Shown: positions 51,338 through 62,352, counted from the stretch's first letter. The stretch: DNA of 64,000 nt from an uncultured Akkermansia sp. (GCA_904501955.1 CAJGCY010000001.1:7914-71913), one strand, 5' to 3'. The notes: generated by a model not told the origin, from the letters alone. Numbers and translations: made by a program.

Positions 51338-52459
51338 TCAATGATTGCGGAAGGTGCAATAAATAGCAGCGCGGCAAGACTTATCAACCGAGACATGGCG
51401 CAGGGTATGCGCCCCGTAGGCCGTCTCGCGCTCAATGCGGGCATACACCTCAGCAGCAGAACGGCAAGAGCGCAGAGAGTCAATAAAAACGGTAGCACTC
51501 CACTCCTTTTTATCCGCTACGGAAGAAGCCCAGCGAATCATCTCCGGCACGGTGGAAAAACGGCGCCCTGAGTGGAAGGGGTGATACAAAGCCTCAGAAG
51601 AGGCGGAGGGCACGGCGCTGCGGTTCCAAGAGTGGTTGACGGCCAACATGGCATCCGTCATGCCGAAATAGGTGTGCATGACACGCCCTTTTTTATCCGG
51701 TCGGGGGTCATTATAGGTAACATCCACATGAACCCAATGTCCATTCAGTTGGACCATATTCCAAATGTGGTCGGTACCATCCCCCTTACCGATGACGAAG
51801 GTGTTCTCAATACCGGCCATACTGAGCAGCAGGGCGTAAGCATGAGCATAACCATCACACACGGCACGACCATCCGCCAAGAGGCGAGAGACGGCATCCG
51901 CCCGAGCAGTCATCCCCAAGCCGGCATCATAACGGGTATGCAAGGCAAGGTAATCATGTAGCGCAACAGCGCGATCATAGGCGGAGGCGTGGCGGGCACA
52001 CACATCTGCCACAATTCGGCGTGCTTTGTTGAGCGCTTGCTTGTAATTACCGGGTAAGGTAGCAGCAAGGGAGGGATTGCGGTGGGCCTCACGCAGCACA
52101 ACATAATCCGCATACTCCGGAATAAAGCGCATGACATTGCCTTTCACCTCGGTTTGCATGGCAACCGGCAAACCGGAATCCAGCATCGCCATAGCCAGAG
52201 CAGAGCACTCCGCAGCGGCATTGGATGCATACGGCGCAACAATGGAAAAAGACGGGGCTAAGGCATTCATTCGACGCGTTGCCAATTGCAAAGCTTGGGC
52301 GCGACTCGCTGCGCGCATGGCCTCCCCCTCCGGCGCAGCAGAAGGTGAAGCTGACCACACCCGGTTGAAATCCGGTTCATTTAAGCCTACGCTACTGTTC
52401 CCGCAGCTGTACAACAGCGGACCGAAGGCGACAAGTGTCAGCAAAGGCAAGGTCTTCAT
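51338..52459 (-). CDS. Transglutaminase-like domain lipoprotein
   Basis: Lipobox LYSC; Cys-His-Asp triad in VCDGYA, HIWN, VDVT. Confidence 0.85.
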   Translation of the reverse strand: MKTLPLLTLVAFGPLLYSCGNSSVGLNEPDFNRVWSASPSAAPEGEAMRAASRAQALQLATRRMNALAPSFSIVAPYASNAAAECSALAMAMLDSGLPVAMQTEVKGNVMRFIPEYADYVVLREAHRNPSLAATLPGNYKQALNKARRIVADVCARHASAYDRAVALHDYLALHTRYDAGLGMTARADAVSRLLADGRAVCDGYAHAYALLLSMAGIENTFVIGKGDGTDHIWNMVQLNGHWVHVDVTYNDPRPDKKGRVMHTYFGMTDAMLAVNHSWNRSAVPSASSEALYHPFHSGRRFSTVPEMIRWASSVADKKEWSATVFIDSLRSCRSAAEVYARIERETAYGAHTLRHVSVDKSCRAAIYCTFRNH

Positions 52460-52564
52460 ACTTACGTCAGGTTAACAAAATCCCCCTGTTTTGTAAAGAA
52501 TGGAATGTGGCAGCAGCGCGCATTGCACTTGTAAACAGGAAGACAACATGCTAAAATGCCACGC

Positions 52565-53881
52565 ATGAGCTCCCCGGGGATGATACAAGGCATGAAGCAA
52601 GGCATGGTGGCAGCGCCCACAGTGCAGTTGTTTATGCACGCCTTGCAAGCCAACACGGAAGAGCTGGCGGATTTGATAGCACAAGAAATCGCCAAAAACC
52701 CGGCTTTGGAAGAAGTAGCCCCCCGCCCGGCAGAGCGAGATGCGGACACGGAAAAGAGCTATGACCCCGAGGCCGCCCGCCGCCACGCATTTGCCCTGGA
52801 TTCCCAGCCCTGTGGGCAAACGCTGGCGGACTTTCTGGAGGAGCAAATACGCCATAGCGCCTTGACGCAAAAAGTGAAAGAGGCGGCACTTGCCATGCTG
52901 CCCTACCTGAACCGGCACGGTTTTTTTGCGGAGGACGCGGCCACCGTGCAATCAGAATTACAGCTCACGGACACCTTATACCGCCAAGCGCTTGGGGTTA
53001 TACAAGATTTAGACCCGGCCGGAGTCGGGGCGAAAGATTTACGAGGCAGCCTCATACTACAGCTCAAAAGAGTCGGCGAAAAGCGTGGGTTGCCCATGCT
53101 GCTGCTCAAGCACCACTGGGAAGCACTGGTGCACCACCGGTATGCTGAAGCAGCGCGCGCGCTGGAAGTAGAAGAAGAAGCAGTGCAGCTGGCTGCAGCC
53201 CGCATTGCCCGACTGAACCCGGACCCCGGCAGCGGATTCAGCCGAGCAGAGCTTAACGTCGTCACGCCCGATTTATCCGTTGATTTCGACGGAGCGGATT
53301 TCCAAATATCCTTGGCGGGTGCTGCCGACCCGCAAGTGGCACTTTCCGCTGAATACCGGGACATGATGGCGCAACACGCTGATAAAGCAGAGGTGCGGCA
53401 ATTTTTGAGCCGATGCTTCCGCGAGGGACGCGAGTTTATACGTGTACTGGCAAACAGAAAAGACACGCTGCTGGCCGTTACCCACGCTGTCTGCGAGCGA
53501 CAGAAAGAGTTTTTCCGCAAGGGGAAAGCACATATACGCCCTCTGAAGATGGAAGACATCGCGGAGGACACCGGCTTACACGTCTCCACCGTATCACGAG
53601 CCGTCCGAGGTAAATACCTGCGCTGCGCCTTCGGCGTGATGGAGCTACGCAGTTTCTTCACCTCCGGCATCAGCTCCGGAGAGGAGGAAACAACATCCGC
53701 AGCAAGTATACAACACCGAATCCGGCAATTGATAGCGGAAGAGCCCCCTGCCTCCCCCTTATCAGATGCCGATATTTGCGCCGCTCTGCAGACGCAAGGC
53801 ATACGCGTAGCGCGCCGAACCGTGGCAAAATACCGCGAGCAACTGAAAATTCTGCCGGCTTCATTACGGAAAAGGCGTTGA
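52565..53881 (+). CDS. rpoN: RNA polymerase sigma-54 factor
   Basis: Motifs NPALE, DPAGVGA, HVSTVSRA and the RpoN box ARRTVAKYRE. Confidence 0.96.
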   Translation: MSSPGMIQGMKQGMVAAPTVQLFMHALQANTEELADLIAQEIAKNPALEEVAPRPAERDADTEKSYDPEAARRHAFALDSQPCGQTLADFLEEQIRHSALTQKVKEAALAMLPYLNRHGFFAEDAATVQSELQLTDTLYRQALGVIQDLDPAGVGAKDLRGSLILQLKRVGEKRGLPMLLLKHHWEALVHHRYAEAARALEVEEEAVQLAAARIARLNPDPGSGFSRAELNVVTPDLSVDFDGADFQISLAGAADPQVALSAEYRDMMAQHADKAEVRQFLSRCFREGREFIRVLANRKDTLLAVTHAVCERQKEFFRKGKAHIRPLKMEDIAEDTGLHVSTVSRAVRGKYLRCAFGVMELRSFFTSGISSGEEETTSAASIQHRIRQLIAEEPPASPLSDADICAALQTQGIRVARRTVAKYREQLKILPASLRKRR

Positions 53882-53925
53882 TTAGGCTCGACACGAGCGA
53901 CGGGGTCGTGTATAATAGCACGCGT

Positions 53926-54561
53926 ATGAATCCTCCAGCCATAGCCATTGACGGACCGGCAGCATCCGGCAAATCCACTGTTGCAAAACTGATAGCCAAA
54001 GAATTGGGCTACACGTTCATCAACACGGGCGCTATGTATAGAGCCGTCACATGGTACACCCTCAAGCAGGGCGTGAACCCGGCGGATACAGCCGCCGTTG
54101 TGGCACTTTTGCCCGGCATTCCCTTGGCTTTCGGCAAAGATGGCGCGGTTTCCACCGTGATGTGTGAGGGGCGCGTGCTCACGGATGAGCTCACGGAGAC
54201 CGCTACCAATGAGAATGTGTCTGCCATTGCAGCCATTCCGGAGGTGCGAGCACTCTTGGTAGAGAAGCAGCGCGAATATAATCTCGCGGAACCGGTTGTG
54301 ATGGAGGGTCGTGACATCGGCACAGTTGTATTCCCCAACACGCCGTTCAAATACTTTGTCACTGCCTCGGAGGAGGTGCGCGCTGCACGCCGCGCAGCCC
54401 AAGGCCTTACGGATTCCATCGCTGAGCGCGACCGCAAGGACTCCGCTCGCGCCTGCGCCCCGCTCACCCAGGCGGAAGATGCGCAGCTTGTTGACACCTC
54501 TGACCTCAGCATCGAACAGGTAGTAGCACACATCGTGGCCGACATCCGCAGCCGCATCTGA
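53926..54561 (+). CDS. cmk: Cytidylate kinase
   Basis: Motifs IDGPAASGKST, TGAMYRA, EGRDIGTVVFP. Confidence 0.96.
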   Translation: MNPPAIAIDGPAASGKSTVAKLIAKELGYTFINTGAMYRAVTWYTLKQGVNPADTAAVVALLPGIPLAFGKDGAVSTVMCEGRVLTDELTETATNENVSAIAAIPEVRALLVEKQREYNLAEPVVMEGRDIGTVVFPNTPFKYFVTASEEVRAARRAAQGLTDSIAERDRKDSARACAPLTQAEDAQLVDTSDLSIEQVVAHIVADIRSRI

Positions 54562-54599
54562 TTTTTCTCTCTTCCATTACACATTACACACGCAGCATC

Positions 54600-55232
54600 A
54601 TGGCATTATCAATGAATCCCGTGTATTTCCTCGGCTATCACCTTTTCAAAGGTTTGGCCAAGGCTGGTTTCAACCTCAAGGTCATCAACCGTGAGAAGCT
54701 GATTGACGGCAAGTCCTGCATCTACGTAGCCAATCACCAAAGCTTTCTGGATCCGCCCCTCATTGCCACCATTTTTGAGAGTCCGGTACATTTTTTGGCG
54801 CGCAAGACGCTGTTTGACCACTGGTTCATGAAGCGAGCTCTGCCGCTGTGCCATGCCCTGCCCATCGACCAGAAGCGCCCGGACCCCGGCAGCATCCTCA
54901 AGGTGCTGCGCCATGTGAAAGAGGGCGGCAGCATCGTCATCTTCCCGGAGGGCGCTCGCTGCCCTGACGGCAAGATTCACGATGCCATGCCCGGCATCGG
55001 CCTGATTCTCAGCAAGCTCATCGGTGTGCCGGTGCAGCCGCTGCGCATTGAGGGCGCTTATGATTGCCTGCCCATTCACAGCAGCAAGCTGCGTTTCCGC
55101 CCCATCTCCATCAGCGTGGGTGACCCCATTCCCTTCACCCCGGAAGAGCTGAAAGCCCGTGGCCGTGAGGCTCAGCTGAACATCGGCAAAAAAATCATGG
55201 ATGCCATTAAGGCGCTGCCAACGCAGCCCTGA
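54600..55232 (+). CDS. plsC: 1-acyl-sn-glycerol-3-phosphate acyltransferase
   Basis: Motifs NHQSFLD and FPEG; follows cmk. Confidence 0.88.
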   Translation: MALSMNPVYFLGYHLFKGLAKAGFNLKVINREKLIDGKSCIYVANHQSFLDPPLIATIFESPVHFLARKTLFDHWFMKRALPLCHALPIDQKRPDPGSILKVLRHVKEGGSIVIFPEGARCPDGKIHDAMPGIGLILSKLIGVPVQPLRIEGAYDCLPIHSSKLRFRPISISVGDPIPFTPEELKARGREAQLNIGKKIMDAIKALPTQP

Positions 55233-55249
55233 GGCCACAGCAGCCCAGC

Positions 55250-56308
55250 ATGTTGACCGCCCTGCGCTTGCGCAACTTCCGTTGCTACTCCACCCTCAAC
55301 TGGGAAATCCCCGCTGAGGGTGCCTTGCTTATAGGCAGCAACGCGCAGGGGAAAACCAGCCTGCTGGAAGCTATATGCTTTGCGCTCACCCTGCATACCC
55401 CGCGAACGGCGCGCATGGATAGGCTTGCCACGCATGGGATGGACAACTTCGGGCTATCGCTTGACACGCTGAACGGCACGCGCCGCCTGCTGTGGCAGCA
55501 AAAGCGATTGCAAATGACGCATGATGGCATTCCCTGCAAGGATTTTGCGGATTATTTAGCGGATGCTCCGCCCGTAGTGTGGCTGGGCAATCAGGACATT
55601 GCCATGGTAACGGGCAGTGCGGAAGAGCGACGCGCCTACTTGGATTTTCTGGGGACACAATGGCACCCGGGATACCGGCAAGCGCTGAGAGAGTACCGAA
55701 AAGCCTTAAAATCCCGCAATCTCCTGCTGCGTAACCCACGCCGCACGCGTGAAACGCTGCGTAGCTTTGCGGCACTGCTCTGTCGCTACGGCGAGCAGCT
55801 TTACTACCTGCGCGAGCAGCTGCTGTTACTGCTGCGCCCGCATATACGCCACTACCACCTCGCCATTTCCGGAGGTTATGAGGAGGTAAGCCTCCGCTAC
55901 AAGCCCGGCGCAGCCCTACCTCTGGAGGAGGCATTCGAGCAAGCGCTGGAGGCGGATGAACGCGCGGGATTTACCACCGTAGGCCCGCATCGAGATGATT
56001 TTGAGCTCTATATCGACGGCCGAGCGGCGGCGGATTTCGCCTCCGAAGGGCAACAGCGAACCCTTGCCACAGCCATGGTTCTGGCACAGGCCGGTCTGTT
56101 GCAAGAGCAAACCGGGGCAGCGCCGGCTCTGTTGATAGATGACATCTTCGGGGAGCTGGACCCTCACCGCAGGCGGGCACTGCTGGCACAGCTACCGGAG
56201 GATTCGCAAATTTTCATCACCACAACGCATACGGATTGGCTGCAAGACACCCCTGCTCCCGTACCCTTGCTCCACATTGAGCAAGGCACCATTCGGCAGT
56301 CAAGCTAA
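55250..56308 (+). CDS. recF: DNA replication/repair protein RecF
   Basis: Motifs NFRCY, GSNAQGKTSLLEAI, GPHRDD, SEGQQR, LIDDIFGELD. Confidence 0.95.
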   Translation: MLTALRLRNFRCYSTLNWEIPAEGALLIGSNAQGKTSLLEAICFALTLHTPRTARMDRLATHGMDNFGLSLDTLNGTRRLLWQQKRLQMTHDGIPCKDFADYLADAPPVVWLGNQDIAMVTGSAEERRAYLDFLGTQWHPGYRQALREYRKALKSRNLLLRNPRRTRETLRSFAALLCRYGEQLYYLREQLLLLLRPHIRHYHLAISGGYEEVSLRYKPGAALPLEEAFEQALEADERAGFTTVGPHRDDFELYIDGRAAADFASEGQQRTLATAMVLAQAGLLQEQTGAAPALLIDDIFGELDPHRRRALLAQLPEDSQIFITTTHTDWLQDTPAPVPLLHIEQGTIRQSS

Positions 56309-56361
56309 CGGTGGGAAAATTAGGTTTGCATACCAAGCATGTAAGCCTTATACTGCACCGT

Positions 56362-57561
56362 ATGCCTACAGAGTCCCAACCCTCCCATTACAGAGCTCAT
56401 TTTGTCATTATTTTCTTGTTGGTAAGCTTTAACCTACGCATGGCGTTCTCAGCAGCGGATCCGCTGTTGGTGTTTCTGATGCGGGATTTGGGGTTAAGCA
56501 TCAGCGATGGCGGGTTATTCGGGTTACTGCCCATCATGTCATTGGGTATAGCCGCTCCCTTGGGCGCGTGGTGCAGCCGGCTCATCAGTCCCCGCAAACT
56601 CATCATCTATGCCTTGTTAGGCTCACTTGTTGGCGTAGTGTGGCGCAGTTACGGGGGAATTCTCGGTTTATTCGGCGGCACAGTCATTATCGGCTTGGGC
56701 TTAGGCATGGCAGGCTCCGTTATTCTGGGCGTGGTCAAACAAGTATTGCCGGATAAGCTGCCGGAATTGATGGGCGCCTACACCGCATGCATCAGCTTGG
56801 GTACGGCAGTGGGAGCGGGGAGCTCTGCGCCGCTGGCGCTTGCTCTCGGTGGCTGGCAACACGGGCTGGTATTCTGGGGGTTACCATTGTTGTTCGCCGC
56901 CGTGTTGTGGACAGAGCTCACTTTACAAACAAGACATACCACATTCCCACACAGAACGGTAAAAGCCCCTATGGCTCCGCTATTTCGGCAGCCACGGGCA
57001 CGCATGATAACTTTGTTTTACCTCTTTCGCGTGGCAGGCGCATGGCTGCTCATTGTATGGATGGCTACCCTTATGCGTGAGCGCGGGTTACCCATAGTGG
57101 AGGCGGGATTAGTTCTCTCACTCTCCACGGCGTGCCAAATCCCCGGCTCTCTGCTGTGTGGCATGCTGCTACGGCAGCGCAGCAATATGCGCAAGTTGAT
57201 GTTCGGTGGTGTTTTCCTGAGCATTGTGGCATGCTGGGGCTTGCTGGAAGCCCCCTTGCAACTATGGATAGTCTTTGCCCTACTGCTGGGGCTGGGCTTG
57301 GGCACCGTATTCTCTATCGGCATGACTCTTATCACGGAAAGCGGGGCGGATGAGAGCGCCACCATCGCGCTTTCCGGCATGGCTCAGGGCATCGGCTTCA
57401 CCTGCGGCGGGGCACTGGCATGGCTCTGTGGTTTGTGCATGGAGCTGCCACACAGAGACCTGTGGTTTGCCACCACCTACACAGCTCTGGCTCTGTTGGG
57501 CTTACTGTGTGGTTTGCGTACCATACGCAGTGGAGTTTCTCAGAGCACCTCGCTCCACTGA
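56362..57561 (+). CDS. MFS transporter, CynX/YeaN-like
   Basis: About 12 TMs; motifs FNLR, MGAY and LSGMAQGIG. Confidence 0.82.
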   Translation: MPTESQPSHYRAHFVIIFLLVSFNLRMAFSAADPLLVFLMRDLGLSISDGGLFGLLPIMSLGIAAPLGAWCSRLISPRKLIIYALLGSLVGVVWRSYGGILGLFGGTVIIGLGLGMAGSVILGVVKQVLPDKLPELMGAYTACISLGTAVGAGSSAPLALALGGWQHGLVFWGLPLLFAAVLWTELTLQTRHTTFPHRTVKAPMAPLFRQPRARMITLFYLFRVAGAWLLIVWMATLMRERGLPIVEAGLVLSLSTACQIPGSLLCGMLLRQRSNMRKLMFGGVFLSIVACWGLLEAPLQLWIVFALLLGLGLGTVFSIGMTLITESGADESATIALSGMAQGIGFTCGGALAWLCGLCMELPHRDLWFATTYTALALLGLLCGLRTIRSGVSQSTSLH

Positions 57562-58736
57562 GGTGCGGGCTGCGGCTCTGCAAGCTCGCAAATGCGGTCA
57601 ATCATACGGTTCCAGTGCTCTTCACCCTGCTCAATCTCAATGTGAATGCGCAAGAAATAGATGGGCACCTCCATTTCACCGGGTTTAAGGAAGCGTACAG
57701 CGTCTTTCTCCGTGGTGACAATCAAATCCATTGCGCGCTCTGCACAGCGGTCTACAAACTGCTCCAAATCTTCTTGGTCAAACCAATAGTGGTCAGGGTA
57801 ACGGCGGCGAATCTCCACATGAGCCCCCAAGCCTTCCACCAAGCCCTCGAAGCTCTCCGGGCGGGCAATGCCACTCATGCAGGCCACATATTTATCCTTG
57901 AGGAAGCTAAGCGGCTTACGTTCACCGGTAAACAGGTTTTCCAGATGAGCCGGGGCGTGGTTGGTCACGATGATGTCCGCCACCTTATTGTATTTGCGAA
58001 TGGTGGAAATGAGCTCGCCCTGAGGCTTACCACCGCTCTTGGTCAGGATGATGTAGCTGGCGCGTGCCAGACTGGAGCGCGGCTCACGCATGGTACCACG
58101 TGGCAGCAGTGAGCCGGTACCGAAGGGGAAACCGCAGTCAACCAGCACAATATCAATCTCATGCTTGAGCTTGAGGTACTGCATACCATCATCCAGAATC
58201 AGAGTATTGCAGCCCAATTGCTCAATGGCGAATATGCCGGACTTCACTCGGTCTTTGTCCACCAGCACAGCCACGCCATCCAAGTTGCGCGCGAGCATGA
58301 AAGGCTCATCACCGGCGTACAGCGGCCCCAAATAGCGGGTTGTACCGTCGCTGGCAATCTTCGGCAGGTTCTTTACCGGCTTACCCTCAGCATCTTTCCA
58401 CTCCTGAGGTTCATCTAAGGGCTCACTCTTATAGCCACGTGTCAAAATGGCACATTTACGCCCACGGGATGCCAGCGTGCGCGACAAAAACTCCACCACG
58501 GGGGTCTTACCCGTACCACCGGCCGTTATGTTACCCACACTCACCACAAAGGTGCTCAGATACCGCACCGTCTTAATGCGGCGGGTAAACAGGAACAAGC
58601 GCAATTTGACCAATATATAGAAGAAAAAGGACGCAAAGCGCAGCGCGCACTTCATCATCCACGCACGGAAGCCTCGGGCGCGCCCGAATACTACTTCGGT
58701 TCCCCACTCAGCAAACTCATCCATGCGCGATTTCAT
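57540..58736 (-). CDS. lpxK: Tetraacyldisaccharide 4'-kinase
   Basis: Motifs [39 protein letters not shown]. Confidence 0.95.
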   Translation of the reverse strand: MKSRMDEFAEWGTEVVFGRARGFRAWMMKCALRFASFFFYILVKLRLFLFTRRIKTVRYLSTFVVSVGNITAGGTGKTPVVEFLSRTLASRGRKCAILTRGYKSEPLDEPQEWKDAEGKPVKNLPKIASDGTTRYLGPLYAGDEPFMLARNLDGVAVLVDKDRVKSGIFAIEQLGCNTLILDDGMQYLKLKHEIDIVLVDCGFPFGTGSLLPRGTMREPRSSLARASYIILTKSGGKPQGELISTIRKYNKVADIIVTNHAPAHLENLFTGERKPLSFLKDKYVACMSGIARPESFEGLVEGLGAHVEIRRRYPDHYWFDQEDLEQFVDRCAERAMDLIVTTEKDAVRFLKPGEMEVPIYFLRIHIEIEQGEEHWNRMIDRICELAEPQPAPQWSEVL

Positions 58737-58944
58737 CACGTTGTATTCTACGCCCTGCACCACGCCATGTCAAGCATTCTCTTGTGTAAACTGTACCAAA
58801 TGCATGCTCAATTTCACTGATGCGTGCTTTACCTCCGGGCTCAACAGAGCAAAATTAACATATTTTATGGCTTAATACTCACTTTTTGCTTGCATCCGTG
58901 TAGCGTTTTTGCTATTCTTATTGGTGCAGAAAGGAGATAAACCT

Positions 58945-59556
58945 ATGAAAAACATCAAAAAAACGCTTCAATCCATATTGCTTGCATTGTTTGTGATGTG
59001 CAGCGCGATGAGCGCCATGCACGCCGATGCTGCAACATACGATGACGACAGCCCTCGCAGCGAAAAAGACGAAAAGAAGGCAAAATCCAATGTTCGCCGC
59101 ATCAAGGTGTTGCGCAAAAAACGCGACAATTACATCGAACAGATAGAGTTCCATTACTTCAAGATGGAGCTGCACGACCGCTGCCGCGACTGCTCCGCCA
59201 ATTGCCGTAAGCAAGATGCTACCGGCGCGTGCCGCCACTGGGTGCGTGACAAGTTCAAGGGCGAAGGGCGTTACCACCGCGTATGCCACCAGTTGCCGGA
59301 TGATAACCGACGCGAGGCGGGTATCGACCAAGCGATTTCTTCCATTGAAAACAAGGTTGAATCCATCATCAAAGCCGTTGACAAAATCAACGACCAGATT
59401 GAGGAGCTGAAAAGCAGTTTATCAGCTGAAGAACTGGCCGAATTGGGGGATGATGATGTCACCCTCCCCTCCCCGCCGGAAATACGTAAGCGCACCAGCC
59501 CGTGCGATAGTCCTTGCGGCACGCCGAAAAAGGGTAAGAAAAAGCGCCGCAAATAA
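58945..59556 (+). CDS. Secreted coiled-coil protein with a Cys/His-rich insert and basic tail
   Basis: Signal peptide; AAGGAG 8 nt upstream of ATG; own promoter (TTGCAT-17-TATTCT) and terminator. Confidence 0.75.
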   Translation: MKNIKKTLQSILLALFVMCSAMSAMHADAATYDDDSPRSEKDEKKAKSNVRRIKVLRKKRDNYIEQIEFHYFKMELHDRCRDCSANCRKQDATGACRHWVRDKFKGEGRYHRVCHQLPDDNRREAGIDQAISSIENKVESIIKAVDKINDQIEELKSSLSAEELAELGDDDVTLPSPPEIRKRTSPCDSPCGTPKKGKKKRRK

Positions 59557-59590
59557 TTCATCCTCCTGCACACCTCCGTTTTTCATCAAC

Positions 59591-59626
59591 CGCGCCTGTG
59601 AGCCACCCTCACCGGCGCGTTTTTTT
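59591..59626 (+). terminator. Intrinsic terminator
   Basis: CGCGCC-T-GTGAG / CTCAC-C-GGCGCG stem followed by T7. Confidence 0.75.
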
Positions 59627-59672
59627 AACAGCCCGATAAATCGGAAGTTGACTTATTAGAAGTTCCTCACTA

Positions 59673-61667
59673 TCATTCTCCGGAGCCGAATTCTTCCGCG
59701 AGAGCAGCTTCTGCTCGCTCAATCTCCACGGAAAGCTCCTCCCAGCGGGAGAAGAGAGCCTCCGACTCACGCTCCAGTTGTTGGTAAGACTGCGTGAGCT
59801 CCATGAGCTTTTGGTTATCGGACATATTTTCGGGCTTCTCCAGCTCCGCAGAGATGGCCGTTTTGAGCTCATCCTTTTCCGCAATTTCATTTTCCACCTG
59901 TTCCAAGGCAGTTTGGAGGGGCTTGAGCACACGCGTACGGCGCTCGCGCTCTTGAGCACGGGCACGGCGGGCGTCTTTTTTGTTTTGCGGGCTTACAGGT
60001 GCTGCGACCCCACCATTTTGAGCTGTAGGCTGAGCCTCTGATTTCAATCGGCGTTCTTCAGTCTCTACACTTTCAATGTATTGGCTGACATTGCCATGGA
60101 AAAGGCGCGGGGGCAAACCGGGGCGGAACTCCAACACCTTGTTGACGATGGGGTCCAGGAAGCGGCGGTTGTGTGATACAATGCAGTAAGAGCCGGGGTA
60201 CTCCGCGAGCGCGCGCTGCAGCACATCCTGACTCTGGAAGTCCAAGTGGTTAGTCGGCTCGTCCATAATCAGGAAGTTTGCCGGCTTAAGCAGCATGCAT
60301 ACCAAAGCGACACGTGAGCGTTCACCGCCACTCAGCACGCCGATTTTCTTGAACACATCATCCCCTCGGAACAAGAAACAGCCCAAGATATTGCGCACCA
60401 AGGGGCGCGTGTTGCGGTCCGCAGCAGCTTCCACACACTCCAGCACGGTCTGCTCATTGTTGAGCACATCTGCATGCGTCTGTGAGAAGAATGCCACCTG
60501 CGTATGGTGACCGAAGCTGAAGGCACCGCTATCCGGCTCTTCCGTGCCGGAAATAAGGCGGGTGAAGGTGGATTTACCTGAGCCGTTCACACCGACGATG
60601 GCGATGCGGTCGCCCTTATCCATGCGGAAATCATAATCCTGCAGCAGGCGGATGGGTCCGTATGCCTTGCAGGCTTTCTCCAGTTTCACCACGGTATTAC
60701 CACCGGGTGGCGGCGGGGGGAAATGGAAACTCATCACGGCATCGTCATCCTCCACCTCAATGAGCTCAATCTTCTCGAGCTGTTTGAGACGACTCTGCGC
60801 TTGGCTGGCTTTGGATGCCTTGGCGCGGAAGCGGTCGATGAACGCCTGAGTTTTGGCGATTTCTCGCTGTTGCGCAGCGGCTTGGCGCTGCAACACCTCT
60901 TTGCGGGCTTTGCTTTCTTTCAGGTAAAAAGAGAAATTACCGGAGTACTCCTCCGCACGCCCGTGGTGGAAAGCAATGGTGCGCGTTACCAAGCTGTCCA
61001 GCAAGGCAATATCATGGCTGATGATGCAGATGGCACCACGGTAATTGCGCAGGTTTTGCTCCAGCCAGCGTTGGCTCTGTATGTCCAAGTGGTTGGTCGG
61101 CTCGTCCAGCAGCAATACCTCAGGCTCTTGCAGCAACAGCTTGGCAAGGGCTATGCGCATCTGCCAGCCACCGGAAAACTCACCGCAATCGCGCTCAAAA
61201 TCCGCAGCGGAGAAGCCCAAGCCTCGCAGAATGGACTCCGCCCGAGGACGCAGGGCGGCGGCATCGCGGTCTTGCAGCTGTAGCTCCAAGTGGCCGATTT
61301 CCTCCAGCGTGTCGCGATACTCGGGAGAGCTGCTATCCATTTGCTGCAGCTCAGCGGAAAGCTCATCCACCACCTGCTGCAACTCCACAATGTTACCGAC
61401 GGAACCCATTACCTCCGCCAGCAAGGGAGCCCCGCTGATGTGGATGCCATCCTGCGGCAAATAGCCTACCTGCGTATGCCGGGGCAGCAGTACCTTACCG
61501 TGGTCCGGCTGCAATACACCGACCACACACTTCATCAGAGTGGATTTACCGGCACCGTTCTGCCCCGCAAAAGCGATACGCTCCCCTCGTTCAACAACGA
61601 AGGAGAGCGAATCAAAAAGGACACGCGGTCCGAACTCGATATGCAAGTCCTGTACCGCGAATACCAT
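59673..61667 (-). CDS. ABC-F family ATPase
   Basis: Two NBDs (GQNGAGKST, FSGGW, LDEPTNHLD; GVNGSGKST, LSGGE, MDEPTNHLD), no TM, C-terminal coiled coil. Confidence 0.95.
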   Translation of the reverse strand: MVFAVQDLHIEFGPRVLFDSLSFVVERGERIAFAGQNGAGKSTLMKCVVGVLQPDHGKVLLPRHTQVGYLPQDGIHISGAPLLAEVMGSVGNIVELQQVVDELSAELQQMDSSSPEYRDTLEEIGHLELQLQDRDAAALRPRAESILRGLGFSAADFERDCGEFSGGWQMRIALAKLLLQEPEVLLLDEPTNHLDIQSQRWLEQNLRNYRGAICIISHDIALLDSLVTRTIAFHHGRAEEYSGNFSFYLKESKARKEVLQRQAAAQQREIAKTQAFIDRFRAKASKASQAQSRLKQLEKIELIEVEDDDAVMSFHFPPPPPGGNTVVKLEKACKAYGPIRLLQDYDFRMDKGDRIAIVGVNGSGKSTFTRLISGTEEPDSGAFSFGHHTQVAFFSQTHADVLNNEQTVLECVEAAADRNTRPLVRNILGCFLFRGDDVFKKIGVLSGGERSRVALVCMLLKPANFLIMDEPTNHLDFQSQDVLQRALAEYPGSYCIVSHNRRFLDPIVNKVLEFRPGLPPRLFHGNVSQYIESVETEERRLKSEAQPTAQNGGVAAPVSPQNKKDARRARAQERERRTRVLKPLQTALEQVENEIAEKDELKTAISAELEKPENMSDNQKLMELTQSYQQLERESEALFSRWEELSVEIERAEAALAEEFGSGE

Positions 61668-62191
61668 TACTTACGCAGTTTGCTGTTCCAGCGGGTGATG
61701 TTGGCAGCCTGCTCCTCAAAGAGGTCGCTGCAATCATCATGAATCTCAATGCTGATGATGTTGTCACCCTGGCGGATGTCATTCACCACCTCTTGGTCGG
61801 CAGCGCTGACAACTTCACCGAAAATGGTGTGCTTGCCGTTCAGCCAATCCGTGGGCACGTGCGTAATGAAGAACTGGGAGCCGTTGGTGCCCTGGCCGGT
61901 CCAAGTCTTGCCGGCGTTTGCCATTGCAAGCAAACCGGGGCGGTCGAACTTCAGGTCCGGGCGGCACTCATCATCAAACTTGTAGCCGGGGCCACCACAG
62001 CCTGTACCCTCAGGGTCACCACCCTGAATCATGAAATCAGAAATCACACGGTGAAAGCTCAGCCCATTGTAAAAGCCCTTGCTTGCCAAGTTCAGGAAGC
62101 TGGCTGCCGTCATCGGGGTTTTGGATGCAAAAACAACAAGGTTGATGTCACCCTTGTTCGTCTTCATCGTGATCTTTTTGTCTGTTGCCAT
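61667..62191 (-). CDS. Cyclophilin-type peptidyl-prolyl isomerase
   Basis: Motifs FHRVI, MIQGGDP, LAMANAG, NGSQFFIT, HTIFG; start at MATDKK. Confidence 0.96.
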   Translation of the reverse strand: MATDKKITMKTNKGDINLVVFASKTPMTAASFLNLASKGFYNGLSFHRVISDFMIQGGDPEGTGCGGPGYKFDDECRPDLKFDRPGLLAMANAGKTWTGQGTNGSQFFITHVPTDWLNGKHTIFGEVVSAADQEVVNDIRQGDNIISIEIHDDCSDLFEEQAANITRWNSKLRK

Positions 62192-62352
62192 GCGCAGAAC
62201 ATACCAACTCCTCCGACTTTTGGCAAGAGTAAAGCGTGGCATACCGCCCGATAAATGGGGTTTTATCCGCCATCGTTCGAGCATCGTTGAAAACTTTAAT
62301 TCCGTCGTAATTTTGAGGTTGACTTTCCGAGCTGCGAGTCGTAGCATTACAG

